A stretch of DNA of 64,000 bases from Amoebophrya sp. A120 (lineage: Eukaryota; Protista; Dinoflagellata), in NCBI GenBank assembly GCA_905178155.1, contig CAJINV010000008.1:620001-684000 (forward strand). Reading direction: 5' to 3'. A program made the translations under genes and the position numbers. The notes under the pieces are model-generated. The model was not told the DNA's origin. It was given only the letters and a program-made list of their open reading frames with translations, and ran no database searches. Each line of letters opens with the position of its first letter. Position 1 is the stretch's first letter. Below, in pieces: positions 13,159 to 26,410 of this stretch.

Positions 13159-13668
13159 TTACCCTCCCATCCCACTGAACTCCCCGCGGCGCATTGAAGA
13201 CGACGAAGCTACCCTCGCACTCGATGAGACGCGTTTTTCCTTCGAATTGCTCTTCGTGCCACCGGCCGCTAAAAACGACGTCGAGTCTGCTTTCCTGGTT
13301 TCCGTTTTCCGCTGGCCCACCTTCCAGTCCTGCATTTCGTTGTCGGTATACGGGGCCGCAACGCCGTCGAACGGCGACGATCCGAGAAACCCGCCGTTAG
13401 GGCTGGCCCACTTGTCATCGGGAACATTTTTCCTCGACCTAGGATGCAACTGGGCCGCGTCCTGATTCCTCTCGCTTTCTGCTGCGGGCGGAGTGACGAT
13501 ATTTTTCAGCGAAGAGGGGACAACAACAGGACCGCGCTTGGATCTGGATCTACTCTTTTCCATGATGAAGACCCAGAACGCCCCCCAGAGGCCCACCAAA
13601 AACGAGGCCCAGCGCGTTCGCCGTGGCGACGCGGTCGCAGTCTCGTATAACGCGATGAAGAAGCTCAT
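13159..13668 (-). CDS. Hypothetical small protein with one hydrophobic segment
   Basis: Open frame from ATG 13668 with WASFLVGLWGAFWVFIM helix; no recognisable family. Confidence 0.4.
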   Translation of the reverse strand: MSFFIALYETATASPRRTRWASFLVGLWGAFWVFIMEKSRSRSKRGPVVVPSSLKNIVTPPAAESERNQDAAQLHPRSRKNVPDDKWASPNGGFLGSSPFDGVAAPYTDNEMQDWKVGQRKTETRKADSTSFLAAGGTKSNSKEKRVSSSARVASSSSMRRGEFSGMGG

Positions 13669-14279
13669 CCTCTTGATCTTCCCTACTTCGAGGGACAGCA
13701 GCCACCGGAAAATCAAAATACACGTGACAAGAATAAGCTGCACCGATCTCAATTCACGCGGTAGCCAAACGGGCAGCTTCTCACCACGACTCGCCTGCCA
13801 AGCACCAGATGCCGACTTCGCTCAATTTCGGTTAGGCCGCCTGGTACGAACACTTTGCACTTGCTTCTGATCACGCCGCGAACTGCACACAAGGAGACTC
13901 ATTCGCTTATTCTTCCCAAAGGAGAAGACGCTCGGTCTATCGCGACAAGAACGGAAGTGAAAGAACAACAAAGCCACTGGATAAGAAAACACACACCCGC
14001 TCAATCGCTGGGGTGCTGTAGCGAGCTGCATCCATTCCCATTCATCGAAAAGGCAAAGGAAATACGGGGATGAGAAGTCTTCTTCACTTTACAATCAAAG
14101 ACGGGGTTCAACTTGGGGAAGCTGTTCTTTCATGCACCACCAAACGGTGAAAATCGAAACCGAGAGAAGTAATCAGAAGAAGGTTGATTTTGGTTTTATC
14201 GTTTTTCCAGGGGGAGCGAACGCGTATGAGGGCCTTTTTTAAGGTACACGAAAGTACGAATTTGATCCAGCAGCAAAAC

Positions 14280-17200
14280 TTATTTCACACTGCAGTGACT
14301 GGCAAACTGCAAGGCGTGCTTCGTGTCCGAGCGGTTTTTTTCTTCGGGAGCCAGACATAGGATCAGGCTAACGAAGGAACGATTACTCAACTGACCGCTT
14401 GCAGAACCCGGTTGCTTGAAGCAGTCTTGCAGCAAAAAGGTCAACACACTCTCGCGCACCGGCGCGATTGCCGCCGAGTGTTCGCGTGCCACCGTGCGGA
14501 AGCAACGTGCCAGGACCGATAGCGACGAATTGATAGCGATCGTGGTTTTCATGTCCAACTTTGCTGCATTCGCGTTGGAATTCGAGAGCATACCCTGCAC
14601 GGGGGCACTGATAGTGTGTTCCGTTTCAATATCGCCCGCTCCTGCTGCTGCGGAACGCTCGCAACCCGCTAGGTCGACGAGATTCAGCACTCCTCCACCC
14701 GGAGCCGCGAATCGCAGCTGGAACACCGCGTGGCTCCGCGAACTCCCAAAAACGTTGGTTTTTGTGGCCAGTGTCTTGCGCCGATGACACGCCAGCGCCA
14801 AGTAGTCCACCGCTTCTTGCTCCGATTTCGGGTACACCGCGGGGTCCGGCGAAAGCTGCACGGGCTGCTGTGAGGAACTATTTTTGTGGACCACGAAATT
14901 TTGCGACATCTCCACTGTGGTCCCTGTCAAGAGGTCCACGAGCGTCGTTCTCGTGCCGCCGGCGTGGTGGTCGCGCGGGGACGCCTGCCGACTCGCCCCA
15001 GCGCCAAATCTGGTACTACTGCTGCTCGACGAAGGAGCAACGCCCCCTCCAAAACCGGCAGTTCCCGCGAGCGGTGCGTTTCCGTCCGCGGTGCAGTCAA
15101 CCTCAACGCAGACCAGCGAGAAGCTGTGCAGACTAGCGGCGAAATCGGGGTGGCCATACAACAACCGCACGGCCCGAACCGCGACACCCGGATCCTTCGC
15201 GCTCCCCAGCATGGTGTGTGTCTTCCCGCTGCCGGAGGGGCCGTAGCAGAAAATGGACGCCTTCGCGTTCTTGACGATACAGCCCTCGACGGTTGCCTGC
15301 ACCGACTCGAACACGTCACTGTTTTGCGACTCGCAGCCGAAAACCTGGTCGAAGCAGGCAAAGGCATGCTTGTTGCTGCTAGACGAGGATGAAACTTTTA
15401 GCTGCCCTCGACCTGGTGTACCTCCGAGCGGGCTTCCGACACGACCAGAGCTGCTGCTCGAGGTCGTCCCGTTAGTCCCGCCGCATCCGCGACTGCCATC
15501 GTGCAGGTACACGGTTTTTAAGCCTTTCGAACAAGCACCCCCTGCTGCACCAGCGGCCTCGTGCCCAAACGATAGAACACTCGCACTTCCGCGTTCCAGC
15601 GACGAAGCGCGTGCCGCCTCAGTGGCAGTCATGCCGTTCGTGTACGAAAAAGGGTGTTGGTGCGCTTGATGAACTCCCAGGGCGGGAGACGACAGCTTCC
15701 GATCACCGAGCAACGTTTTCCATCGCTCTTGCACGCGCGGCGAGCTCTTGGGCGTCCGCTTCTCCTCAAAGAGTGCGTGGTTTCGATGCGGCCGCACCCG
15801 GCAAAATATCTGCAAGCTCGACTTCACCGACAAAAGCTGCACCGTCTGCGCGCGGCGCACCGCATTGGCTTCGCGGAGCTGCTCCTGCAGAGCCTCGATG
15901 ATCAAAACTTGCTTCTGCCTCTCTTCCTCTGCCGCAACATGGGTGTCCACTTTTTCTTCGAGTTCCGAGAGAACATTCAAATTGTTGCTCATATCTTCTT
16001 GCTTCGAGCATTCTTGTTCGAACGCGCTCAGCTCCTGGAGAAATTCCGCCCGCTCGCGAACCAGCTCGGCCCGTTCCCCCTCCAGGGCGGCGGAGTGCTC
16101 TTCGAGGAACGCGCGCTCCTTCGAAAGCTCCTGCTCACGCTCCTCGAGGTCTTTCACCGCTTCGTCAAACAAAACTTGCTGATCCTCACTTTCCCCAGTG
16201 ACGCCGTCCTTCTTACTCACGTGTTGCTGCTGCTGCTGCTGGACTACGATCGAGGCGTTCAAGTCTGTCACTTGTTTTCGCAGGAGCTGCACTTCGGACT
16301 CCGCGCTGTCCATATCGGTTTCCGTTTGCCGCAACTCCGTCTTGTACTGCTGCAACTCTGTTTGCAACTGCGTATTGTCCGTTCGCAACGTCGTCAATTG
16401 CTCCTGCAGTTTTTGTAGCCGTTCGTTGCTTGTCTGGTCTACGAGCTGCAGCTCGCTCTCATAAGCCTGGCGCTGCTGCTGCGCCTCGCGCTCACGCTGC
16501 CGCAATTCACTTCGCAGCTCGCGCACCTCGGCGGCCAACCTGTGAAAAGTTTTTCAATTTCTGAAAAACAACATTCGCAAAGACAAGAATTTTATTTGCG
16601 CTTGGTTTAATAGAATATTCCAAGTTGATCCGTTTCCGTAGGTAAAAGTGGAGTGAATGAGTAAGAAAGCTGTTGCAGTCGCTGGTACTTCGAAGCGGAT
16701 GAGGTTCCACTCCTGCCTGCGGATGTTGATTCGGCCATGCGTAGCTTTTTCCTCAGTTCCTCCACCTCGAGTTGCAATGCTCGTTTCGCTTCGTGCTCGG
16801 AAGTACGCAGCGATTGCATGCTGCGATCTTGGTCTTGAACCAACGTGGTCCTTTCTCGCTTCATGGAATCAGCTTCGCGTTTCGCCTGCTCCAGTTTCCA
16901 CTCCAGATCCCAGAGACGGCGCTGCTGCGCTCGTTGGTCAACAAATTCAGAAAGCTCCGCGCGGGGCGAAGTGGGAGCGCTGTGGGATGAAGTGCCATAA
17001 AGGCGGTCCAAGGAGGACGAGGGCCGCATGGACGCGTATGTGTTCGCCGTCAAGGCAAACGAAGCGCTCACCGCGTCGACCTTCCTCGTTCCATCAAATG
17101 CGCTCCTCGAAGAAGAGGAAAACTTTGGCGACAAGCCGTACCTCGAGCCCGAAAAGGATGAGAGCGTTGGCCGCCGCGGACCGCCGACAGACGAACCACC

Positions 17201-18613
17201 GCCAGTTTTGTAGGACACGGACCGAAAACCGTTGGAGCACGACGAGCTGCTGCAAGAAGTCGGTTTATTGATCATGTCCCCCATGGATGTTCTGGTCGCT
17301 GTGTTTCTCGTTCTCGAGGAGGACGTCCAAGCAGAGGATCCACGACCTGAAAGTAGGTGGGCCATTGTTGAAGAAGAAGAGCAGCCGCCGATCTTCGAGG
17401 AGAAATCTCGGGGTGACAGCGACCTTGTGCTTCCCCGTTGCATCACACGTGGCGACAACGATCGCGACGACCACAACGCTGGCGCTGCTCCGCTTCCGGT
17501 AGTGGCATTTATGTATGATGACCTCGACGGTGGTACAACTCCGGAGGTCGACGCGTTGAAATGAGGACGAGACGTGCTGGAAGAGGATGAACATGACGAG
17601 GACACGACCAAATTGGCTCCCGTTGGTTGCAGCCCTGCAGCGCTACTGCGGCCACTTACTTTCCTACTTGGATACCCCGCCCCCGACGCTGCGCGCGAAT
17701 CAGCGAGTAGGTCTGTCAGCCGACGTGAGGCGCTGGACGCAGATCTGTCGTCCCTCCACCGCGGCGCCGCAAGATCCCCGTGGAAATAATTCTCTGGGCG
17801 CGCGGATTCGATCGGAGTCCGAAATTTCTCGTCGGGCGAACTCGGATCCTGCTCCTGGTTCCTTTCCGTACCCAAATTCAACCTCGGCACCTTCTTGCTA
17901 GTTCCGCCGATCAAGCTCACGCGCTCGGCGCCACCAGACGCGGTACTGCGAGCGGGAGCTCCTCTGCGAAAAGACGCCGATGCCAGGTTTCGTGCCGCAA
18001 CGGAAGCCAGAGATGGCTTCGTCTCCTCCAAGTGAGATTTGATATCCAGCAGGGTCGATCCACTGGAAGGCTCCTCCACGCGGTCCTGGACGTTCTTCGG
18101 GGGTGACGCGACGACGCACTTGCTTCCGGTGTAGGAAAAACTTGGTTGCGGCACCTGTGCCAAACGCGCCAGCTCCTGCTCGCGAAAAAGCGAAGAGCCT
18201 GTTCCTTGAATCGTTCTTTCTCTGCAGGCAGCACCGGGACCGTTGGAGGACGAGCCTCCCTTATTTTGCAAGGAAGCGGCAGCGTCGAACGAACTGCGCG
18301 GAGGAAACCGTGGTGATTTCGCAGCAGCGCTCTGAAGTGGCCTCGTTCGAAAAATTGTACCCTTTTCCTCCTTTGTTGATAGAAATGATACCTTTCGCTC
18401 CGACGGACCGGACTTGCCTGCGCCACCACAAGCGTCATCGCCACGGATTTCAGGCGCAACGCTGCGGCCCTCTGGAGAAAATCTGGGCCGAAGCTCGTTT
18501 TTCTTTTTGCGCTGGGCCTGCCACTGACGTAACTTCTCCAACCGCGATTTACTTGCTGTCGTGGTGTCAACAGTGCCGGGACCGGTTCCAGTAGAAACGG
18601 AAACAGTTGCCAT
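14280..18613 (-). CDS. C-terminal-motor kinesin (kinesin-14-like) with long Ser-rich tail and coiled coil (2 exons)
   Basis: IFCRVRP, FDQVF, YGPSGSGKTHTM, SSRSHAVF, LNLVDLAGCE, INSSLS; ORFs 16607-18670 and 14280-16538 joined by a GT-AG intron ~16540-16688. Confidence 0.88.
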
Positions 18614-19248
18614 AACTTCTTTAGTCGGTGAAGCTACCAGATAAGACGTGTCGTGAACTCGTAAGTACAAGTGGGTAGAGACCCAGACCCACCACTTTCC
18701 CTAGCTAAGTAATAATCAAAATGTCTATTCCCTGCGAAAGTCAGTGGGCGTAGAAAAAACTTCGGAGGTCTACACCAAGAAACGATCCGAGTTAGACTTG
18801 CTTTTTGCTAACGCCAATTGCGATCGACTTCTTCGAAGCCTTTGCTTTTCTTTACACGCAAGCAAGAGTACACGAAATCGCACAGACGTGTTTGCTCCGC
18901 AGTCACGCGGCTCACCAACAAGTCGTGACCGTCATCGCAATTAGGTTTAAGTACTAACACTCGAACGACGATAGAAATTAATGGTCGAAATCGAGATCGT
19001 TAGCAACATCCACTCCGAAACCACGAGCACGCTTCTTTTTCTTCACGAACAGATCCTGAACGCCTAAGAAAGCAGGCCGAAAAGCTTTTGAACACTCATA
19101 TCCAATTTTCCCGCAGACGCACTTTTCGCAAATCCCGGAGCAGTGCGCCATTCCTCTGCGACCAATTAAGATGAACATGAGTCGTCCGCGTCCCGAACAC
19201 TTAATACAAAAAAGAGAGCTTGTCAACAAACGTCATAGCTAACTGTTT

Positions 19249-22244
19249 TCAATCGACGTGCTCATAGTTTGCATTCGTTGATGCACGCCGAGTCCGGCTC
19301 GTGTGTCCCTGAAGCGGATGTCGCGGGTATCGCTGGTTCGGCGCAGCTGTGCTGGAGGTGGCACGACGGGCAGCAGGGCTTTGCTCACTATTCTGCGGCT
19401 CCGAGGCCGCAGCTCCGCCGGAATCTGCACCCAAAGTGTCTACTGCCAAGCGTTGAATAGTCCCCAGGACACCTGGAGCACGATTCACCGGGGCTGTCGA
19501 ACTCACTCGTCTACTCGTACTCCCTCTCCGGCCCTGCCGGCGCGCGCCACCTTCACTGGAATCCGAGTGGTCGCCACGACCAATCAAAAAATCAAGATCC
19601 GACTCTTCATCGGACGACGCAATTCCTTGGGCCCGGCGCTCCCGCTCCCGCAGCACCTGCGTTGCCCGGTCGGTAAGTTCCAGCGAAAGGTACTCGGCGT
19701 CGTCAACGGGCTCGCGCCGGTGATCTCGTCGGTTCGTCCGGGATTCCACGTCTGGTAGCGCAAGCTGCTCAAAGCACCGAACTAGAGCCATCGACGAACC
19801 GTCCTTCTTCGTGGTCACGCAAAACATGTTTCGGAGGGAGAAGTTTTTGCGGCACACGGCGCACTTTCCAGTGTACCGCGGCGCCTCCATCGAGCAGATG
19901 TTCAACGCGCACGCCCGGCAGTACGCGTGTCCGCACTCCGAGGTCACGCACTTCTCGACGTCGTTGCTGAAGTCTTCGAAACAGATCGGGCACGAACTCA
20001 TGTCCATCAAACGGATCTGCATCTCGTCGGGCAGTTCGTTCGGCAAGTCCAAAAATCGCGAGTTCAGCTCACTGTCGCCCGAGTCGGCGCTCGAGACCAC
20101 GGAGCTCGTGTCCGAGGAATTGTCTGAGTAGGAGGAACTGTAGCCAAACTCACGATCGCTATCCTCGTCCTCCGCCCCCGTACTACGGCTGGCACCTCCG
20201 AACGCGCGGCCAAACAGGTTCGCAAAGAAGTTCTCTACCATGCCCCGGGGGCGCTGCCCCCGCCTCCGGCGCGCCGCCCTCTCCGCCCGCGCGCGACGCC
20301 GATTGGTGCCTCCAGGGCGGCGGACCACACCCGGAGAGTTGCTAGTGCTGCTCTCGTCCGGCAGCGGTGGGTCTATTTCCGAATCCGAATTATAGTCCTC
20401 CTCCGCGGCCCGCTGGGAGGTGTGTAGAAGTTCGAAATTCGGCTCAATCTCCAGGCTCTCCGGGTTGATCGTGTAAACGTCATGCATCCCGTTGTATGCC
20501 CGCAAGGGAGCGTCGCGAACCGCGTTGCGCACGCGCAACCGAATCTGGTTGCTCTCCGGGTCGTGCGGCATGATGGACGTGGCGTCCTGCCACAAGTGAC
20601 TCACAGCAAGCTGGGACGCGTCTGCCGGCGTCTGAGAGGCGGCGCCTAGGCGGGTCAGCTGCTGGAACTGCTCCGCGTCCTCCAGCAAAAACCCCGGCAC
20701 ATCCCGGTGCGGCAACGGGTTGATGTCAAGAATTGGCTCGCAGAAGCCTGCCTCCCGAGAGAGGCCAAAGATATTGGCTTGCAGCCCCCCGTTCCGGCGA
20801 ACCACCCGCTCCAGCGCTAGCTGCGCCCCAATGTTCGTCGCCCGAAACCAGGCGTGAAACCTGTCCGGATTCTCCAGTACGGGCGCCGTCAGGTCGTTTC
20901 GCGGGAGCCCGTGATTCGGGTTGCCGAAACTGAAGGAGCGGTTTTCACTGGTGATGAAAGTCACGTAGTCTAAAGTAGGTCCCGTACTACGCTGCTCAAT
21001 CCTGACTAGACTCTCACCGGGGTGCATCTCCACCACGGGAGACTGCAGTCCCCCGCCTTGATTCCCGTGCACCACGTGGTTGGGCGGGTACCGTTTCACC
21101 ACGCCGTTGGACAGCTCAAACTCGATGGCATCTATCAGATCCCCTGCCCACACGCGGATTTTCACCACGGTTGGGTACTGTACCTGCGAAAACTGCGCCC
21201 GTCGCTGCTCCGCCAGCTCCTCGGGCGACAACTGGCTCGACGCTGACGGCTGTTGTTCTGCGGGCTCTCGACCCAACCGCCGCGCGCGACTCTGTTCTGT
21301 CATATCGCGCAGCTGCTCCGCCTGCGCCTGTGACTCTTCCGCCATCGCGGCTAGTTCTCGATCGTGCTCCTGCAGCAGCGCGGTCACGTGGTCGCGATGC
21401 TCTTCAATCTGCTGCGTTAGGTGTTCCACTGATTGCACAGGATCGGGGCCGGGTAGTTGCCCCGGAGCTGTGCTGCCCTGGTGAACCTGTGTGCCGGCAA
21501 GCGGCAGGGCGTGTTGCAGCTGCGGAGTGCGGTCCAGTGTTGAATCGGACCGCATGCCCCGCGTCACCGCGTCCACCAGAATCCCTGACACGCCCAGTGC
21601 CCCTTCATGCTGCCGCTGAAAGCTACTGGACTCCAAAACCCGCGCTCCGTCGTTAGAAAAGATCAGAGTCATATTTTCCACAGACCCCAGCCCAGTCGCG
21701 CCCGCCTGCTCCTCCCATTCGCCAACGTTCTGGTTTGGAAGCACCTGGGGTTTATTTGCAATCAGGAATGAAACGTAAGTACTTAAGTAACGACGGGGCC
21801 CTCAAATTACCAAGAGCCGAGCGTCGTCGGGGCACGAAGTCGAATGGTGAAGGACAAAGCCCGAAGTAGAACAAGACAACAAGTAGTACTTACCGCTTTC
21901 AGGACGAGCTTGTTCCCGGCCATCGCCCGGCAGTTGTCTGAGCCAATGCGGATTTTGACCTCCTTGTACGAAACAAATGGACGCGGAACGTCGGCATGAA
22001 TCTTGAGTTGTGAAGATCCGTTCCACTGTATGTCCAAGTGGTACGTTCGGACTTGTTCCGCGCAGGAAAAAGTCCAGCTGCCCAAGCCGTCGCCCTGATC
22101 TGTTCTCGGCTCCGGCGCATTGGCATTGTTTCTGGACGAGCCCGAACCTGCACCCTGCTGTGGAGGATCTGAGGAACCGCGTCCCGCATTGGTGTCACCC
22201 GAAGGCGCCCCTGCCGTCCTAGCTCTGCGGAATCCACGAAACAT
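19249..22244 (-). CDS. RING-finger (C3HC4) protein with a jacalin-like segment (2 exons)
   Basis: CPIC..CGHAYCRAC..CAVCR; IRVWAGDLIDAIEF..GNQGG..LDYVTFITSENRSFSFG resembles a jacalin beta-prism; intron ~21745-21894. Confidence 0.75.
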
Positions 22245-23016
22245 TCCTTCCCGTGTGATCGCTTTTTACTTCCCCAGTCTAGTGCCAGTTCAATGATCTA
22301 CATTTTTTTGAAGAAGGATCGAAAATTAAACGTAGAAGTCGAAAATTAAACGTAGAGGTGTGCTGGAAACCAAAGAAAACAGTAGTTTGCACGGCGCCTT
22401 ATGTCGCCATGATGCTGGATGCGTGTGCAAGCTAGAAGCGCAAGGTTGGTACTTAGATCAACAAGCTATTACAATGCACAAAAAATTCGTATGGTGAGGG
22501 GGGAGCCACGTTGTCCGCTGCAAGTTTTGAATAATATTTTCGAAGTGCCGAAAGCTGCCGATAAACGATTGAGGGAAAACATCTCGTTGGCCTTTTCGCT
22601 GACGACCGAGATGAAGAAATCGACGAGACCTATCAACCGACGAGCAACGACCGTTCGAAAACGAAATAAACTAGCACCGAGATGACACACAGTAACTTTG
22701 CTGTGCCGCCTATTTGTAGAACCGAACGACATTAAAAGAAAAAAAGAGCCGAGCCTTTTTTCACAAAACATGGCTAAATTGGCCATGTGGCAGGTCTGAA
22801 ATGAACTGGTCTGAGCACCAATATGAAATTCAAAAGTAGAAGTCTGAGTTAGTAGATAATTGTACATTTATTTAGTGCGGGATAGCTTCTTCTACCCCTC
22901 AACGGGCCTGTCAAGCCTGCTTTTTCCAAATTAGTTCTAGTTCTGACATCAATTGACACAAAGTATTCACGTACATACACTTCAACGCGTTTGGAGAGCA
23001 AGCGCTGCGCAATTCG

Positions 23017-23629
23017 TCACCAGGGTCTCGCGGCATTCTTCCCCTTACCCTTTTTCATCCGAGGAGAGCGCGGAGCAGCAGGCGGAGGTGGAAGTTCATC
23101 TGCATTCGGCCAGCCAACGCTGTGTTCCTCTGACCAGCCAAAGGACTCGACCATCTCGGTCCCATCGGCATCTCTCGACCGGCTCGCCCGGCTCGACCTG
23201 GAGCGCCGGCGCTTTGGCTCCTTCCAGGTGCCGCCGTCCTCATCGACAACGACCCAGGGCTGTACCCCGTCGGGCGCCCAAACATCGCGCTCGCTCTGCC
23301 GAAAGTGGTAGAACGCGAAGCCGATACCCATCATGACTATGATCACCGCGAAGACGATTGCAACCACCACGCCGGGCTCAGTTCCGTCGTCGGAAGCATC
23401 CTTGTCGCTGCTTCCAACAAGCGGCGCGGGTGCGGGCGGCGCAGGTGCGGGCGTATTCGGTACAGGCGCAGGTGCGGGCGTTCCCGACATAGTCGGTGCA
23501 GGTGCGGGCGCTGGTGCAGGTCCGGGCGTATTCGGTGCAGGCGCAGGCGTACTCGGTGCAGGCGCAGGCGCCGGTGCAGGTCCGGGCGTGTTCGGTGCAG
23601 GCGCCGGCGTATTCGGTGCAGGCACCGGA

Positions 23630-23667
<38 letters not shown>

Positions 23668-25434
23668 AGGTGCAGGAGGACTCGGACTCGGACTCGGACT
23701 CGGACTCGGACTCGGACTCGGACTCGGACTCGGACTCGGACTCGGACTCGGACTCGGACTCGGACTCGGACTCGGACTCGGACTCGGACTCGGACTCGGA
23801 CTCGGACTCGGACTCGGACTCGGACTCGGACTCGGACTCGGACTCGGACTCGGACTCGGACTCGGACTCGGACTCGGACTCGGACTCGGACTCGGACTCG
23901 GACTCGGACTCGGACTCGGACTCGGACTCGGACTCGGACTCGGACTTGGGCTCGGGCTTGGCGTCGCCGCGGCTGGAACGCAGGTTGCCGGAGTGGAGCC
24001 ACTTCCCACCGCCCGCTGCGTCCAGTAGTTTTGGATTGCGCTGCCCTGGTTCTCGCGACACAATTGCAGGTATTTTGCCCCCAAGTTCGTCAGCTCCTCG
24101 GTCTCCATGTTCCACAAGGTGGAGTCCCGATCGTAGTAGGCGCTCTGGAACGCGTCTGCGCTGAACCAGGCAATGCCGATCACCGACGGGTCACTCAGGT
24201 ACCGCGGTAAAATCTTCTCCAGGTAGTGCATCTGCGTTTCGCGCGGCGCGCAGGCTGCTGCCGAGTTCAGGTAGGTACTGCCGCGGCCCAGCGCTGTCTC
24301 CGTGAGCCACAGTCCCTGCAGGTTGAAGCCGTGATTTTTGTTAAACCAGATCGCGAGATTTTTCACGCTACCGGTTCGGTACTCGTAGTCCCACTCCTCG
24401 TAGACGCTGGCGTACCCGTGGGCCCCGCCTTCGTCGTTTTGGCAGGTCGGCTGATAGGTGTGGTACCCTAGGTAGTGAATGGTTTGCTTCCAGTGCGCGA
24501 AGCCCCCAAACCCGGGCGAAGACGCGTCGTTAGCCAACAGGAGCAGAAAGTCCTCGTACCATGTTTTATATCCCGAGAACACGTTGCTGCCGTACCGTGG
24601 CGGCAGTGCGTAGGCGACGTGCGGGCCCACAAACTCCTTGTAGCCCCCGGTTTCGTAGGCGCGCTTGGTTTGGACCTTCCACTCCGCCACCCCCTGCGCC
24701 GGGGTCATCGCGGAGCCGCCCGCCGAGGGGTCGTGGTCCGGTTCGTTCTGCCCGAACACGAAGGGCAGGATGTATTTGCAGTCCTTGCCCAGATTCCCCG
24801 CTGCAATGGTGCTCGCGTCCACGCTGGCCACCTTCGTCGCGCCGCCGTCCGCCCCGAAGCCGTAGTTCTTCGCGCTCGGGTCGCCGCTGCCCGCCCCCCA
24901 AAACATCGGCGCGTAGAACAATTTGTTGTCCCGGTACGCATCGGGGGACTGCGCTCCCGTCACGGCGTGCACGTCGCTGGCGGAGTGGGGGCCGCCGGGG
25001 ATGAGGGTGCCGTCCCAGTTGTACAGCCAGGTCAGACCGCCGGCCTGTGCGGCTTTGCGCAGCTTCAACGGTGTTACGGCGCCCTTCTTGCACCTCTCCC
25101 GCCACGGCTCGTTAGCGCACAACGACCCGGGGTCGTATTTCGTTTTGATAGAGACACCACACTTCCCGCCAACCGACCGCAAAAACTGCGCCGCTAGGCT
25201 GTTTTGCGCCGTCTGCTCAAAGGCTTGGCGATCCGCAGCCGTGGCTGTGCGGTCACCGCCATGGCCCAGGAATCGGAGCTGCGGAAGACTCGTGGAGTTG
25301 CGTGCTCCTGCAGGTTCGGAAGCGGAGACGGTTTGAAAAAATGGTGTCGGTAGAGATATAAAAGTTAACAGGTGAATCACCGCTGTCTGTAGCAGCACGG
25401 AGGGCGCTCGGCCCATCGGATTTGTCGCAGTCAT
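23017..25434 (-). CDS. Membrane-anchored GH128-like beta-1,3-glucanase with (SP)n/(AP)n stalk
   Basis: N-terminal hydrophobic segment; WLYNW, PMFWG, NEPD, HTY, LWLTE, AWFS motifs; Ser-Pro/Ala-Pro stalk; TM helix [21 protein letters not shown]. Confidence 0.8.
23678..23941. repeat. Perfect (GGACTC)44 coding microsatellite
   Basis: 264 bp of exact hexamer encoding (SP)44 on the minus strand; flanked by GGTGCAGGC/GGTGCGGGC-type repeats encoding PAPA. Confidence 0.97.
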
Positions 25435-26410
25435 CTCTGATGATATCTGGTTTGCCAATGTAGAGGGGACACTAACCTTCTGCGAGGGTTGCTGGAAGGG
25501 TACTTTATTTTTGCTAACTTTCGGCAGCAAAGCAACGGAGATACCGGTGGCCCAATGAATGGTGCCATCGACTACGACAATCAAACGATAATAAGAAGAT
25601 GCGCAGTGCTGACCGAGGATGCAGGGCAGCGTGCTCATGAAAGTCACCGATACATCTCAGAAATCACGAAGCACACCGAGTGCAGGTACTTAGTCACAAA
25701 ACCGAATTTTCAAAAGAGAAGAAGTTACCAGAAACCGACAAAAAATATGTCACCGAAGACTGTAAAACTTCAACCTTCAGAGCGCTTGACCGATCACATT
25801 CACAGCGCATCAAGATTTTGTACTTATATTCGGTGGAATGCAGTACCGATGGAACGGTTAATATTACTCACGTAGACGTCATATCCACTGTTTTCCTGGA
25901 GATGCAGGACATAAACACACAGTCCTATGAAGAGCGGGCTCGGTCTTGGTGTACGTACTTCTGGCCTCGCAAGACGACGTACTTGAGAATTTCTTTCCAC
26001 AACTTCCACTTTCACAATCTTTGTGTGCACGTTTCCATCATCCCGCTTCGCTTTTCTCGGTCCCGATCGAATTGACCGCTCACGTTCATCGTGATCATGT
26101 ATGGTATAAATATTCCTTGCTGACAACGACAAAAGATCGCTCTTCCGTAGATTTTTCTTCTAGCAAGCCCATCTTCCAGAGGATTCTATCACCAAGAGTG
26201 GCGCTCTATCATGACAGAAATCACAAAGATGGGCTTACCCCCGTAATATCCACCTTTTGAAGGTAAATGCTAACTTGACAAAACAAAAGACCACCATGTC
26301 CTCCCGGCGTAATCTCCTAGGATATTCGTTTGTAATCGTAAAAAAAGTGTTCGCTATATTTTTCATCTCGTAATATCTTGATCTAGTACAATGGCGGTTT
26401 CCATCTTCTT

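Noticed and set aside
22320-22356. 20-bp-period tandem duplication CGAAAATTAAACGTAGA upstream of the RING gene
   Set aside because: Two copies only and not seen elsewhere; ordinary slippage.
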